From Epithemia pelagica (Eukaryota > Protista > Bacillariophyta): a DNA stretch of 64,000 nucleotides. The stretch covers positions 2,480,001 through 2,544,000 of the forward strand of contig OX337231.1 in assembly GCA_946965045.2 (NCBI GenBank). The letters run 5' to 3'. The notes under the pieces are model-generated. The model saw only the letters and a program-made list of their open reading frames with translations. It did not search any database and had not been told where the DNA came from. Shown here piece by piece: positions 25,428 to 35,627 of this stretch; the first letter of the stretch is position 1; each line of letters starts with the position of its first letter. Made by a program: the position numbers and the translations under genes.

Positions 25428-26371
25428 TTCGGATGATGGGCAGACGACTATGTCATTCATGACTGAATCCAAGACTCAGATCCAATTTGCAATGGATACT
25501 CCAATGGAGTCGACTTGGACTCCAGAGATACAAGGGGTAGCTATGATGGCAACCAAACTGGAGTCGACATGGATTATACTTGATGCAATCAAGTAGGAAC
25601 CTAATAGATGCGTGGGACCTATTGTACTCAATCCTAGCTACCAAGAGATTGCTGCTTTCCTACCAAAACCAATTGGTGACAATCACCAGAATCCAGGTCC
25701 GGATCTACTCCTCCCTCTTCTGAGAGTAGCTAGCGGTCTACTCTAGATAGCATAGCTACTCACTACTCATACAATTACCCGGATGTGATTCGGATGATGG
25801 GCAGACGACTATGTCATTCATGACTGAATCCAAGACTCAGATCCAATTTGCGATGGATACTCCAATGGAGTCGACTTGGACTCCAGAGATACTAGCTAGG
25901 GGGTAGCTATGATGGCAACCAAACTGGAGTCGACATGGATTATACTTGATGCAATCAAGTAGGAACCTAATAGATGCGTGGGACCTATTGTACTCAATCC
26001 TAGCTACCAAGAGATTGCTGCTTTCCTACCAAAACCAATTGGTGACAATCACCAGAATCTAGGTCCGGATCTACTCCTCCCTCTTCTGAGAGTAGCTAGC
26101 GGTCTACTCTAGATAGCATAGCTACTCACTACTCATACAATTACCCGGATGTGATTCGGATGATGGGCAGACGACTATGTCATTCATGACTGAATCCAAG
26201 ACTCAGATCCAATTTGCAATGGATACTCCAATGGAGTCGACTTGGACTCCAGAGATACTAGCTAGGGGGTAGCTATGATGGCAACCAAACTGGAGTCGAC
26301 ATGGATGATACTTGATGCAATCAAGTAGGAACCTAATAGATGCGTGGGACCTATTGTACTCAATCCTAGCT
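25428..26371. repeat. Tandem repeat, unit 361-366 bp, ~2.6 copies
   Basis: TTCGGATGATGGGCAGACGACTATG starts at 25428, 25789 and 26155; near-identical units. Confidence 0.92.
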
Positions 26372-27136
26372 ACTGAGAGATAGCACAAGTCTGGGTCTTC
26401 AGCTTCTATGTTTGGCTAGGTGTTAGTGACATAGTTGCTACTCTGCCTCTAGAGGGCGTGGGGAGATGTTTCGTGGGGTGGTTCGTTGGGCGTGATTCTG
26501 ACGTGGAACAGCGTGGTGAAATGGTTTTTATTTAATGGATTGATAAAACAATGGATGACCGTTCTTCGATCATTCTTTTTCTTCGGGGCTGGATGGTTTT
26601 GAATAGGGGTTGGCCCGGCGTTTTTTGCCTTACGTGGGAAGATTTTGGTGTAAAGTACTGAATTTCGACTCTTGAGCTAAAAAATTTTTATCTAGTCTTT
26701 GATGTTTTTCCACCCCCAGACCCCCTTAGCCTGCCGGCTTACCCGACACGTTCATTCTGAACTCAGTCGAACAGACGAAAAACGAAAAATGCTGTCTGTG
26801 TCCACCTGGGAACCTGTGAAGGTGGCACAGACAAAAAACAGCTAAGCAGTGGACACTGATACCGAGGGATCATACTCCTACATATTAAAAACTACTAGGA
26901 GTACCTAGCAACAAAACACAACATATTAACTACTCTAGTGGCACTACCATATCTACAATAGAAGATCGGGCCCCTATCTCATGGTCCGGGCGGACGGGTC
27001 GATTTCCCCAAACTCCGAGACATGAAGCATTTCTCCAAAAAGTCTTGTTGCGAAGCCCAGCCCGAACCGTACAAACGAGAGACACCGGCTTTTCGTGTCC
27101 AACCGCAAAAGCAGAACAGGGCTTCTTGAAATCGTC

Positions 27137-28474
27137 ATGGTTTTCAATAGACTGAATCCAGGAAGGTTTATTTACTCGGGAAGTGACTCTACAACAGAGA
27201 ATGAAGAGACTTCGAGGCTAAATGACAATTCAGCCACGAACCAGTCCTATGGAAGCCGTACACCAGGTCCAGAAGGTGAGGATTCTGGAACAGGATCCGC
27301 TTCGGAGGCAACGACGAATAATCCAATTAATTCTACGGAATCGGGTGAAGATCAATCTGCAGATCAATATGACGAAGCTTTGGAGGATGTGGTAAATTCT
27401 TTGGCCCGGCGAGTGCGGTGTCTTTTTTCCATAATTACATGGCCCATTGTCCCATTGGGCACAACAGCCTCTTTGGCTCTGGGTTGGCTGATATACGCCT
27501 CAACTGTACTTGATGTTGGAAAAGCTTGCTCGCATCCCTTGCACTGGTATGCCATGATATCCTTGGTGCTTGTCTTGTACGCTCCCTATCATGGACGCAT
27601 ACGCTCCTTCTTATTTAATTATCAACGTGATCGGGGGATAGACCGACCACCGAGTGTGCGACGATACGACCAGCTCTTTCACACACTGGCTCTCATTTAT
27701 GTGTACGCTGGAATTACCTTGGTTCAAACCTGTCGGGACGACATTTCGGTACTCAACCCCGACGATGAAAGCGATGATGCTTTTTCTTCTACGTCCAATT
27801 TACCGGGAGTCTCACTGGACTTGACCGCCTCTTCATTACCGACCAACACGTGCGCGGCAACCTGCCCCAATCTGTTTGTCGCACTTCGTGTCTATGTTGC
27901 TACGATTGAGATTTTCACCTTTAGTTTGATCCTCCCGCTGCTCTTTCTTCCCTGTTTGTATTTGTATTTTATTCGGCGGACCATGCAAGACACTGAGTCG
28001 TTGGCTGTTTTGCAAGAGCGATTCCGCGAAGAGGAAGCTTTGATGCGAAATGGTGGAGTGACCGAACAAGAGATTATGGATCAATTTGAAAAAGTACACC
28101 TCGTGGTCGACCCGCATTCCAATGAGGACGAGCGACGACTTCTCGTGGTCCCGAACGACACGGAATGCAATCTCGAAAATGCAGACGAATGCCGATCCAA
28201 AGAATGCTGTATATGTATGGAATCCTTTCCCGTCCAAGAGGACGTAGAAGCTGCTTGTACAAACTGTGAGGATGATGGTGATTCGCACCTTGTGATTATT
28301 CGGACCCGGACCTGCGGGCATTTGTTCCATCGGGGTTGCATGGCTTCATGGGTCAGTGGTCGATGGCAACAAACGAGCAATGCCAACACGAATTCCAATG
28401 AAAGCGGTTCATCACGAAAGGCGAGAAGAACCACATGTCCCCTGTGCCGAACAGACGTACGGCCGGATCGATGA
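27137..28474 (+). CDS. Transmembrane RING-H2 E3 ubiquitin ligase
   Basis: CICMESF...CGHLFHRGC...CPLC (C3H2C3) after several hydrophobic helices; first ATG 27137. Confidence 0.8.
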   Translation: MVFNRLNPGRFIYSGSDSTTENEETSRLNDNSATNQSYGSRTPGPEGEDSGTGSASEATTNNPINSTESGEDQSADQYDEALEDVVNSLARRVRCLFSIITWPIVPLGTTASLALGWLIYASTVLDVGKACSHPLHWYAMISLVLVLYAPYHGRIRSFLFNYQRDRGIDRPPSVRRYDQLFHTLALIYVYAGITLVQTCRDDISVLNPDDESDDAFSSTSNLPGVSLDLTASSLPTNTCAATCPNLFVALRVYVATIEIFTFSLILPLLFLPCLYLYFIRRTMQDTESLAVLQERFREEEALMRNGGVTEQEIMDQFEKVHLVVDPHSNEDERRLLVVPNDTECNLENADECRSKECCICMESFPVQEDVEAACTNCEDDGDSHLVIIRTRTCGHLFHRGCMASWVSGRWQQTSNANTNSNESGSSRKARRTTCPLCRTDVRPDR

Positions 28475-28983
28475 CAGTAAGAGACACAATGGATCCTAAT
28501 ATCATGATGAAGGTTCACCGCTTGCTCCTCATTGGAAAAATGTCAGTTCTGCTGATGCAATCAAGCCATGTATTATTTGCTCCTTGGTTTAAGTTCATAT
28601 ATAAATGTTTCTATGACGAGCTCCTCATTAACGACCTGAAATCGCATGGTCTAGTAGCAGCCCATCCAGACAAGTACCATAGATTCTCAAGAGTTGGCAC
28701 TGCTCACTTGTCGTCGTACTTGTAGTTTTCTTGGAGAAGTGTTGTATTGTATGGATTCTTACGACGTTCATCCATTGACACGCCCGTTGATCTTTGAACT
28801 TGGTTCGTCCTAAAATGGAAAGACGTTTGATAAAATATTCATTCAATTCACGTGATCGTATCCTAAGTATTACTTGAACCGATCTATTGCATTATTCCCC
28901 ACATTCGAAAAATACGTGCCGGATACAGCGTTGAGAGGAGAAGCCAGCGCGACAAATAATAATATTCAAGATTCGTTTTACAA

Positions 28984-29829
28984 TTAGGCCATGGATTTGT
29001 AGTTGTCTTCACCAAGTTCCTTGGACGAGATGGAAGCCGATTGGTTGGCACGGGAGTCACGGCCGGTGGACTTGTATTCGAAAAAGGCAATGATACCAAA
29101 AATGGCACACGAAACCAAGCAGAACCAAAAGTAGGCCCAGTTGGTGTACATCATGAGCACACCAAGCTGTCCATACCATCCATAGACAGAGTCTTCCATG
29201 CCGCGACCTCCATCTCCTCCCAGAACACCTTGAGGCATGATGATCATTTGCAAAAAGGCCGACAAACCAAACATGGCGGTGGCAACAATCAAACTCGAGG
29301 TCGATTGGCGCTTGTACATGACATAGCATCCGTACAACAAAATGCCAACAAACATGAGAATCATAGTGACATAAACAAACTTGAGGGCACCACTAGCTTC
29401 ATCAGGATCAAGTCCCATTTCCTCGCGTTGACGACGCTCGTCGTCTCCCATGGATCCACCCAACGCAATATACCAATCCGGAAGGCGAACGTTGTTGTTA
29501 TCGTTATTTTCCTGGTACCACTGGTAGTTGTACGCGTTCTTGCGACATTGGACCTGGTACCACTTGCAGTTATATGAAGCGTACTGATTGTTGTTGTTGT
29601 TGTAGTTTCCATTCTGGGCTTCTTCGTATTCACGTTGGGCTTCTTCGTAGGCACGTTGGTTGTTTTCGTACTCAACGTAGTGACCATAGTAGTCGTAGTA
29701 CGATTTCCGTTCCTTTTTCCAAACAGAAACAGGGACAATGACGGAGAGGATTCCTCCAATCAACCACGCTCCCATCAAAGGCCAGGGGGTGCGAAGAATC
29801 GCAAGAGCTTTTTCCGGAAGAGCGTCCAT
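28984..29829 (-). CDS. Multi-pass membrane protein of unknown function
   Basis: Open frame with about five hydrophobic helices and an N/Y/Q-rich loop containing CKWYQVQC; start chosen at MDALPEK. Confidence 0.65.
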   Translation of the reverse strand: MDALPEKALAILRTPWPLMGAWLIGGILSVIVPVSVWKKERKSYYDYYGHYVEYENNQRAYEEAQREYEEAQNGNYNNNNNQYASYNCKWYQVQCRKNAYNYQWYQENNDNNNVRLPDWYIALGGSMGDDERRQREEMGLDPDEASGALKFVYVTMILMFVGILLYGCYVMYKRQSTSSLIVATAMFGLSAFLQMIIMPQGVLGGDGGRGMEDSVYGWYGQLGVLMMYTNWAYFWFCLVSCAIFGIIAFFEYKSTGRDSRANQSASISSKELGEDNYKSMA

Positions 29830-30683
29830 GGTGAGATTCAAGATGCTCTCACAAAAACAAAAGAAAGTATGAGGCAATGGAAGACACACACAAGACTTGC
29901 AGCAAGGCGCGCGCCAGCGAAAGCGAGAGTTTACACTGATTGGATATTCTTCCCGTCAAAATCGGATTGACACCTACTGGGAGCCGTTGAGAGAAATAAT
30001 GAGACGTTATCCCACGATGATCTATTTAAGGCGCGCACGCACAGCACTGACTTTTTTCCGATATCGGCGCTATCAAAAAACCATGGGATAAAAGCAATAA
30101 CGGCTCCCACGCTTATCAACGGTCCAACGGCAGCATTCAGCGAAGATGCACGCACGGGGAGACGGATTGTTTTCGGATAAAATTCCGTCCCACAAAACAG
30201 TAGAATGTAGTCCTATTAGCTAGGAGGGTCACTCGATTGCGGTAGCCTCTAATCCTCTAGACACTAGGTAGACACGGCAAACTAGAATTGTACTCCTACC
30301 TATATCACTCATATCAGTGTTCTTCTACAACTGGTCTCACGTAACAATGGAACAGACAACTCTCTTCCAACTAGGAGAAGTAGCTGTTGGTTCGTTCATT
30401 CTTTCTGAAACACAAGTGATTCGTCTGGAGTGTTCCACCTCCAAAGTATGATTCTATTCGTGGTTCATGAAGCTCCAACAGAGCTTCTCCTACGTTGAAA
30501 AACCAATCATTTCATATTGCATTCATGAAGAGAAAGCACTGGTGACATCCTCCCAGGTTTGTATTCCAAAAAGCCAGTATTTCCTGTGCAGATCCAACCG
30601 AGGGACCATCCATGAGGACACTCGTTACACAACGCTCTTGCGAAAATCACGATTCGACTACCCAGTATAGAGCAGTATTGCTC

Positions 30684-32675
30684 TCACATGGTTCCACTGT
30701 CTTCCAACACACTGGCCACTTGCAAGAGGAGCAGTTCACTCCTTCGACACCCAATCAATTGCATGGCAGGTCGGAACATGCCATCCAAAGCCTGTACTTG
30801 TGTTTCATCCATGCGAGGCATGGGTACAGACACGGCGGGGAGGCCTGCCAAACTTACCGGAACCGTCATGACATCATTGGCATAAGTTTCTACCGGTGAT
30901 AATTTGCTCCAATTCTCATTGTCGCCACCATCTTGCTCTTTGTAGAGCTTGGGAGGTTGACACAAGAGGCTCGTGGGAACCAACAGCATGTCGCAACCAC
31001 CGGTCGATCCTTTTGGTGGACATAGACACGAGTGTAATTGTCGTGTGAGCAAGGCTCGCAATTTCGCGGCAGCCTCATAATAGGCATGAAATCGATCCGA
31101 CGACAAGACGGCGGTTCCACACAAGATTCTCCGAATCACTTCCGTTCCAAATCCATGGGATCGTGTTTTGGCAAATTGTTGCTCCAGCAAGGTCCAATCA
31201 CTCTCCTCGAGGAGAACGTCCCTATTCGGGTGGTCCGTGTCATGGTATGCGACACCGTATCGAAACCCATCGTACCGTGCCAAATTGGAACTGGCTTCGG
31301 CCGTGACCAAAATGTAGTACGCAGCCAAGGAATGTTGGATCAGGAGGGGAGAAAGTTGCTGGGAGGAAATTTCGGAAATGGTGGCACCCTGCAATTCCAA
31401 TCGTTCTGCCGCTTGATGCCATGCCTGACGAATCTCGAAAGGACATTCCTCTACACTCCAGGCGTGTGGAATGCCTATACGTAGACTCGAAAGGTCCAGC
31501 CGTGGTTCTTGTACCAAACTGGATGGTTGGGAAGAGGAAGAAGTACGTTTGTGGTTGCCGTCCTGTGTTGTTGTTTGGATTAATGGGTCATCTAGACGAC
31601 TGGTGTGGAGGACGACGGAATGATTCGAGTCTCGTAGTTCTGGACCGTCATGTTGTTCTTGTTCTAAAACCTCTTGTGGATGTTGATTTTGTGATGAATG
31701 TTGTTGCAACTGATCGAATACAAGAGCGACACAGTGACTGGTCCGTCCCAACACACCAATGGTATCCAAGGACGAGGCATAACTCACCAATCCATGTCGT
31801 GACAGGGAGCCGTAGGTGGGTTTGAGACCCACCACATGACCAAAGGCGGCCGGAAGACGGACCGATCCTCCCGTATCACTTCCCAAGGAAATGAGACTGG
31901 ATCCATGGGCCACCGACACGGCACTTCCACAACTGGAACCTCCCGCCGAGTAGGCATAAAAGGAGGACGACGACTCGTCGGGGTCTGCCAGAGGCAATGC
32001 CATGAGACAGTCTTGATGAAGTTGCCGAATTTGATCGGGAGAACTCTGAATGCTTTGAACCAAGTGTTGATCGGATAGAATGTTGTTGTTATTGTCGTTG
32101 TTCTTTTGTGGTTGGTGTTGGAGGGCGTGCAAAAAGGGCACGACATTTTTGGTCGGGTCACGACCGGCATGATGAATGCCGAGACTGCCCATACCAAATT
32201 CGTCCATGGTGGTGACACCCACGAAAATGGCACCCGCCTCTTTCAAGGCACGAACGACATCGGCATTGTAACCAATAGGAGGAGGAGTGGCAAGTGTTGT
32301 GTCGTCGGGTGATGATGATGAGGAGGAGGAGGAGTCGCCCGGTCCGTGTGGATACGCTTCTCCTAAAATGCGACTGGCCGCCGTGAGTGGATAATTGTCA
32401 ATGGCCAAATTGGCCTTGATGGTAAAGGGAATTCCCTCTAGAGGAGAACGGCACCTTCCACGACGACGTCGCTCCTCCGATGCCTCGGTCTGCGCGGCCA
32501 GTTCCGAGGAAGAGACAATCTGCGAAAAGGCTTGGAGTTGCCAAATTTCTTCTCCTGCCACAGCCAAGGTACGACAAAACAAGGCTAGTTCCTCCGCACG
32601 AATCAAGCCCTCTGAAAGCAAGTGACGCGCCCTCGATACGGTCAACCGTAACACGGCGGCAGGAGAAACCACCAT
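30684..32675 (-). CDS. gatA: Glutamyl-tRNA(Gln) amidotransferase subunit A (amidase signature family)
   Basis: IKAN (Lys), [69 protein letters not shown]. Confidence 0.87.
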   Translation of the reverse strand: MVVSPAAVLRLTVSRARHLLSEGLIRAEELALFCRTLAVAGEEIWQLQAFSQIVSSSELAAQTEASEERRRRGRCRSPLEGIPFTIKANLAIDNYPLTAASRILGEAYPHGPGDSSSSSSSSPDDTTLATPPPIGYNADVVRALKEAGAIFVGVTTMDEFGMGSLGIHHAGRDPTKNVVPFLHALQHQPQKNNDNNNNILSDQHLVQSIQSSPDQIRQLHQDCLMALPLADPDESSSSFYAYSAGGSSCGSAVSVAHGSSLISLGSDTGGSVRLPAAFGHVVGLKPTYGSLSRHGLVSYASSLDTIGVLGRTSHCVALVFDQLQQHSSQNQHPQEVLEQEQHDGPELRDSNHSVVLHTSRLDDPLIQTTTQDGNHKRTSSSSQPSSLVQEPRLDLSSLRIGIPHAWSVEECPFEIRQAWHQAAERLELQGATISEISSQQLSPLLIQHSLAAYYILVTAEASSNLARYDGFRYGVAYHDTDHPNRDVLLEESDWTLLEQQFAKTRSHGFGTEVIRRILCGTAVLSSDRFHAYYEAAAKLRALLTRQLHSCLCPPKGSTGGCDMLLVPTSLLCQPPKLYKEQDGGDNENWSKLSPVETYANDVMTVPVSLAGLPAVSVPMPRMDETQVQALDGMFRPAMQLIGCRRSELLLLQVASVLEDSGTM

Positions 32676-33707
32676 TGGCAACGACCAAACCTCGTTTTTT
32701 TGGAACCAGAAAAATCTTCTATTGGATCTTGATCGCATCAGTCGCGTAAAACTGTCGTGACCCGATCAGCTTTCTTCGGTCGCGTGAAAGTCGGTGCACC
32801 AGCGAATCTTCTCAGTGTTTCTCCGCCAGTGATCGGATTTGATGTGGGGTAAACAATGACGTTTGTCGGCATTCCTTCGTTGGATTTGTACCGCACGGGA
32901 AGATCTCGATGATATGTCGCCCCACTGTAGACAAGCTGGTGGATACGAAGACACCATCAACGCAGACATCATCCCTCCAAGTAAAAAATAAGTGAGAGGC
33001 CATTTGCTCGCAAAGAGTGGGAACCGAAGCAGCTGTCTCCATCCGTATCCTCGCTCCTCTCCATCTCTGTGTCATCGTATCCTCATCGCGTCATGAAGAT
33101 TGGACTTTGGGCTTCCTTTTGCATCACGTTCGACAAGGAGCCGATTTTGTATTGTAATATTATGCCTACAGTATTCACTTGGTCTTGGTCTCTAGGTTGT
33201 AGGTCTTCGCCGGCCGACCCTCCACACGTGCACATGTGTGTATCGTATCTCGTTCCATTTTTTGAAGTGCAGAACTCGTGATTTGCGCATCAACGATGAT
33301 GATACCGCGGGATGTAGTTCTCCAATCGCGAACGTATTGCACAGCTTCATTCAGATGATAGTTGTCCATAATACCCTAGAAAGTGTTCGCGATTGCACTA
33401 TTTTTGCCATCTTCCGCTGGAGTAGTAGCCCCCAACAACTTGGATCGTCATGGACGAAGCACTCGCAAAGTTGATCCGTGAAATTGGTTCGGCCAATAGG
33501 CCATGGTGGTATGGCATAAATGTAGGTGAAAGCGATGAGAACAGTCTCGCTAATCTACTTGGGATCTCTACGGAGTCCCTAATGTGCCTATTGAGTGTTG
33601 TCGGATGGGTGTCACGAGTGGCAACAACGAACGAATCAACATCCTCGTCGTGGAGAGTTCAAGAGAGGAAAATTGAAACCTTCCTAGACCGGTTTCACCT
33701 ACGAGAC

Positions 33708-34491
33708 TGTTAGAATTCTCACCGTCTATGGTGGTTAGATTCTACATCTCATCAATTCCCCATGTCACATAGCCCCGTGCTATCGCATCATGCCATCTAG
33801 CTTCGAGCTATGTTCCCTAGCTTCGCGCTATATCGACCTATATTTCTTCGCAAATCATGAAAAGTGAGAATAAATTGACGAACTCACTCTCAAGACTAAA
33901 CTGGGTCGTGCGGTATTACAACGGACGTAAATTTAGCCGTTGCTCGGACATTATACTTACGCCCTAAGCGTACGCGCCCGAAATCATCGAGCGCGCCCAA
34001 GCGACATCCGAGCGCCGTCGGCATCTATCCGACCCAACGGTCTAAGTATCCCAAGCATGACACACGATCACACGAGACCATATTTCCATTCCCACAATCT
34101 CCAAATTGTCAACAAGCTGCGCGCCATGAAAACAACTATGCCAACCCAAAGCAAGAGCTGTTGACCCTGTATATGTTATCCGTCCACATATACATGTCAT
34201 ATACATCACGTGAATCAACTCCAACTATTCCAAACCTGTTGCCGCCAAGAACCTATGACACACGACCCTTGGCAGGACCGAACATTTCACGTAGACCTAT
34301 CGTAGTAATCAACACACAATCTAACAATATCACCATTTATCACATCCTCTTTTGTGTCCCGACTATCCTTTTGATAGACTACGACTTGCTTTCCTCTCTT
34401 ACCCGTGGAGAGGTTTGTATCGGTTGGTGACTACCTGATTGTCTGCTCTACCGAGCATCAACGCCACTGCAATTCCAAGAGAATTGTAACA
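33708..34491 (+). repeat. 5' LTR
   Basis: Matches 41310-42093 with 6 substitutions. Confidence 0.96.
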
Positions 34492-34527
34492 GATTAACAG
34501 TCTCAAAGCTTATTTCCTTGTGGTTTC

Positions 34528-35307
34528 ATGGATACTAACGAGCTTATCACTCCTGTACGACAGATTTATCGAGCCAACCTGCATTCCGGGCAGCCCGATA
34601 CCCTGGTGCAGCAGGAACTGGTGCCGACGCCGAAGGCAGCCAACACATCGGTCAACATCTCCGTCGACAGTTCCAACAGCAACCCATTCGAGACTCCAAC
34701 CCAGCCTCACGCTCCGATCCCTGCGCGGTTGCTTCGGCCCCCGAGTCCGCCTCGTCGGCTCGTCCCTTCTCGATCCCGTCGTACCACCCGGTTGATTGCT
34801 GATCATATCAAGTACTTCCGTCAACCAACTTCTTCGACCTTCGATCCCGAGATCATCCGTGGGGAGACCCAGATCGAACGCCAGTTTCAATCGGTGACCC
34901 ACATCGTTGACCAAGAAGACATTGAACGTCTGAACGACCAACTTCATCGCTCTCCGAGGCGTCGCCTCATCTTGGCCGCCCTCTCGGGCAACCCCATCCG
35001 TACTGTCCACCTCCGCTTCCTAACCTTCGAGCGTCCAACTGGATACTACAATACCATCTACGTCGTGAACACGACGACTTGCCCTCTGCCTCCTAACGTT
35101 GTACGCCTAGATAACTACGTTGCCTACATCCACGAGGTCCATACCATCGAGGACCATCGTGCAACTATCTTCCCTTTGCGTGCCGAGGCCGAGAACCACT
35201 TGGCTGAAGGTAATACCCCTTCTCCTGTTGCTTGTGCTGCCCCATCTGAGCCTGGAAACGACTCTGATTATTCGGAAGAGAGTGGAGATTCGGAAACCGA
35301 AGCTTAA
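34528..35307 (+). CDS. Extra ORF upstream of gag within the Copia element (259 aa, unknown function)
   Basis: ATG-initiated, stop-free, between PBS and gag; no recognised motif. Confidence 0.55.
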   Translation: MDTNELITPVRQIYRANLHSGQPDTLVQQELVPTPKAANTSVNISVDSSNSNPFETPTQPHAPIPARLLRPPSPPRRLVPSRSRRTTRLIADHIKYFRQPTSSTFDPEIIRGETQIERQFQSVTHIVDQEDIERLNDQLHRSPRRRLILAALSGNPIRTVHLRFLTFERPTGYYNTIYVVNTTTCPLPPNVVRLDNYVAYIHEVHTIEDHRATIFPLRAEAENHLAEGNTPSPVACAAPSEPGNDSDYSEESGDSETEA

Positions 35308-35627
35308 TTACTCATAGTTAACTCCTGTCCTCTCAAAACCTTTCCAAGACTTAAACTCAACGCACATCCGGGTACCCTTGGTCGCACAACACGCCACACA
35401 TTCCCGTCAAATCGCGAAAATTCGGCGAAAATTTGTTGAAACTCGGCGAAAATTTGTCGGATTCAACGGAAATTTCCAGGAGTCGCACATCAAAACACAC
35501 ATCCGGGTCTCACATACGTGGTTCATACGTGGCACACGTGGTACATCCGGGTTCAAATCACATCACACATTAAATAAACCACATCACACCGCACATTAAA
35601 TAAACATCGAATCAACCAAATAACACC

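Larger units (their letters stand above)
22713..26770. mobile_element. Composite insertion in family A copy 2
   Basis: Absent from copy 1; ACAG duplicated (22709-22712 and 26771-26774); 12-bp sub-terminal inverted match CGGCTGAGTTCA / TGAACTCAGTCG. Confidence 0.55.
21490..26868. mobile_element. Family A copy 2, carrying a ~4-kb nested insertion
   Basis: Same TIRs as copy 1 (21490 onward; ending 26868); AT on both flanks; collinear with copy 1 except for 22713-26770. Confidence 0.75.
18429..27017. mobile_element. Outer pair of 22-bp perfect inverted repeats (CGGAGTTTGGGGAAATCGACCC) enclosing the nested TE cluster
   Basis: 18429-18450 is the reverse complement of 26996-27017; no clear TSD. 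Confidence 0.45.

Noticed and set aside
20074-26371. Short palindromic and tandem repeats as a CRISPR array
   Set aside because: No unique spacers, no cas genes, eukaryotic context.
32750-33450. CACTGTA / CACACGTG as Transib- or RSS-like left end
   Set aside because: No matching right-end inverted repeat found in the window.
33940-34430. Short ORFs within both LTRs
   Set aside because: Duplicated only because the LTRs are duplicated; no motifs.
33703-34504. GAGACTGTTA at the 5' junction is the reverse complement of TAACAGTCTC in the PBS region
   Set aside because: Half of the match is the obligatory LTR terminus; the remaining 5 bp in a single insertion is compatible with chance.
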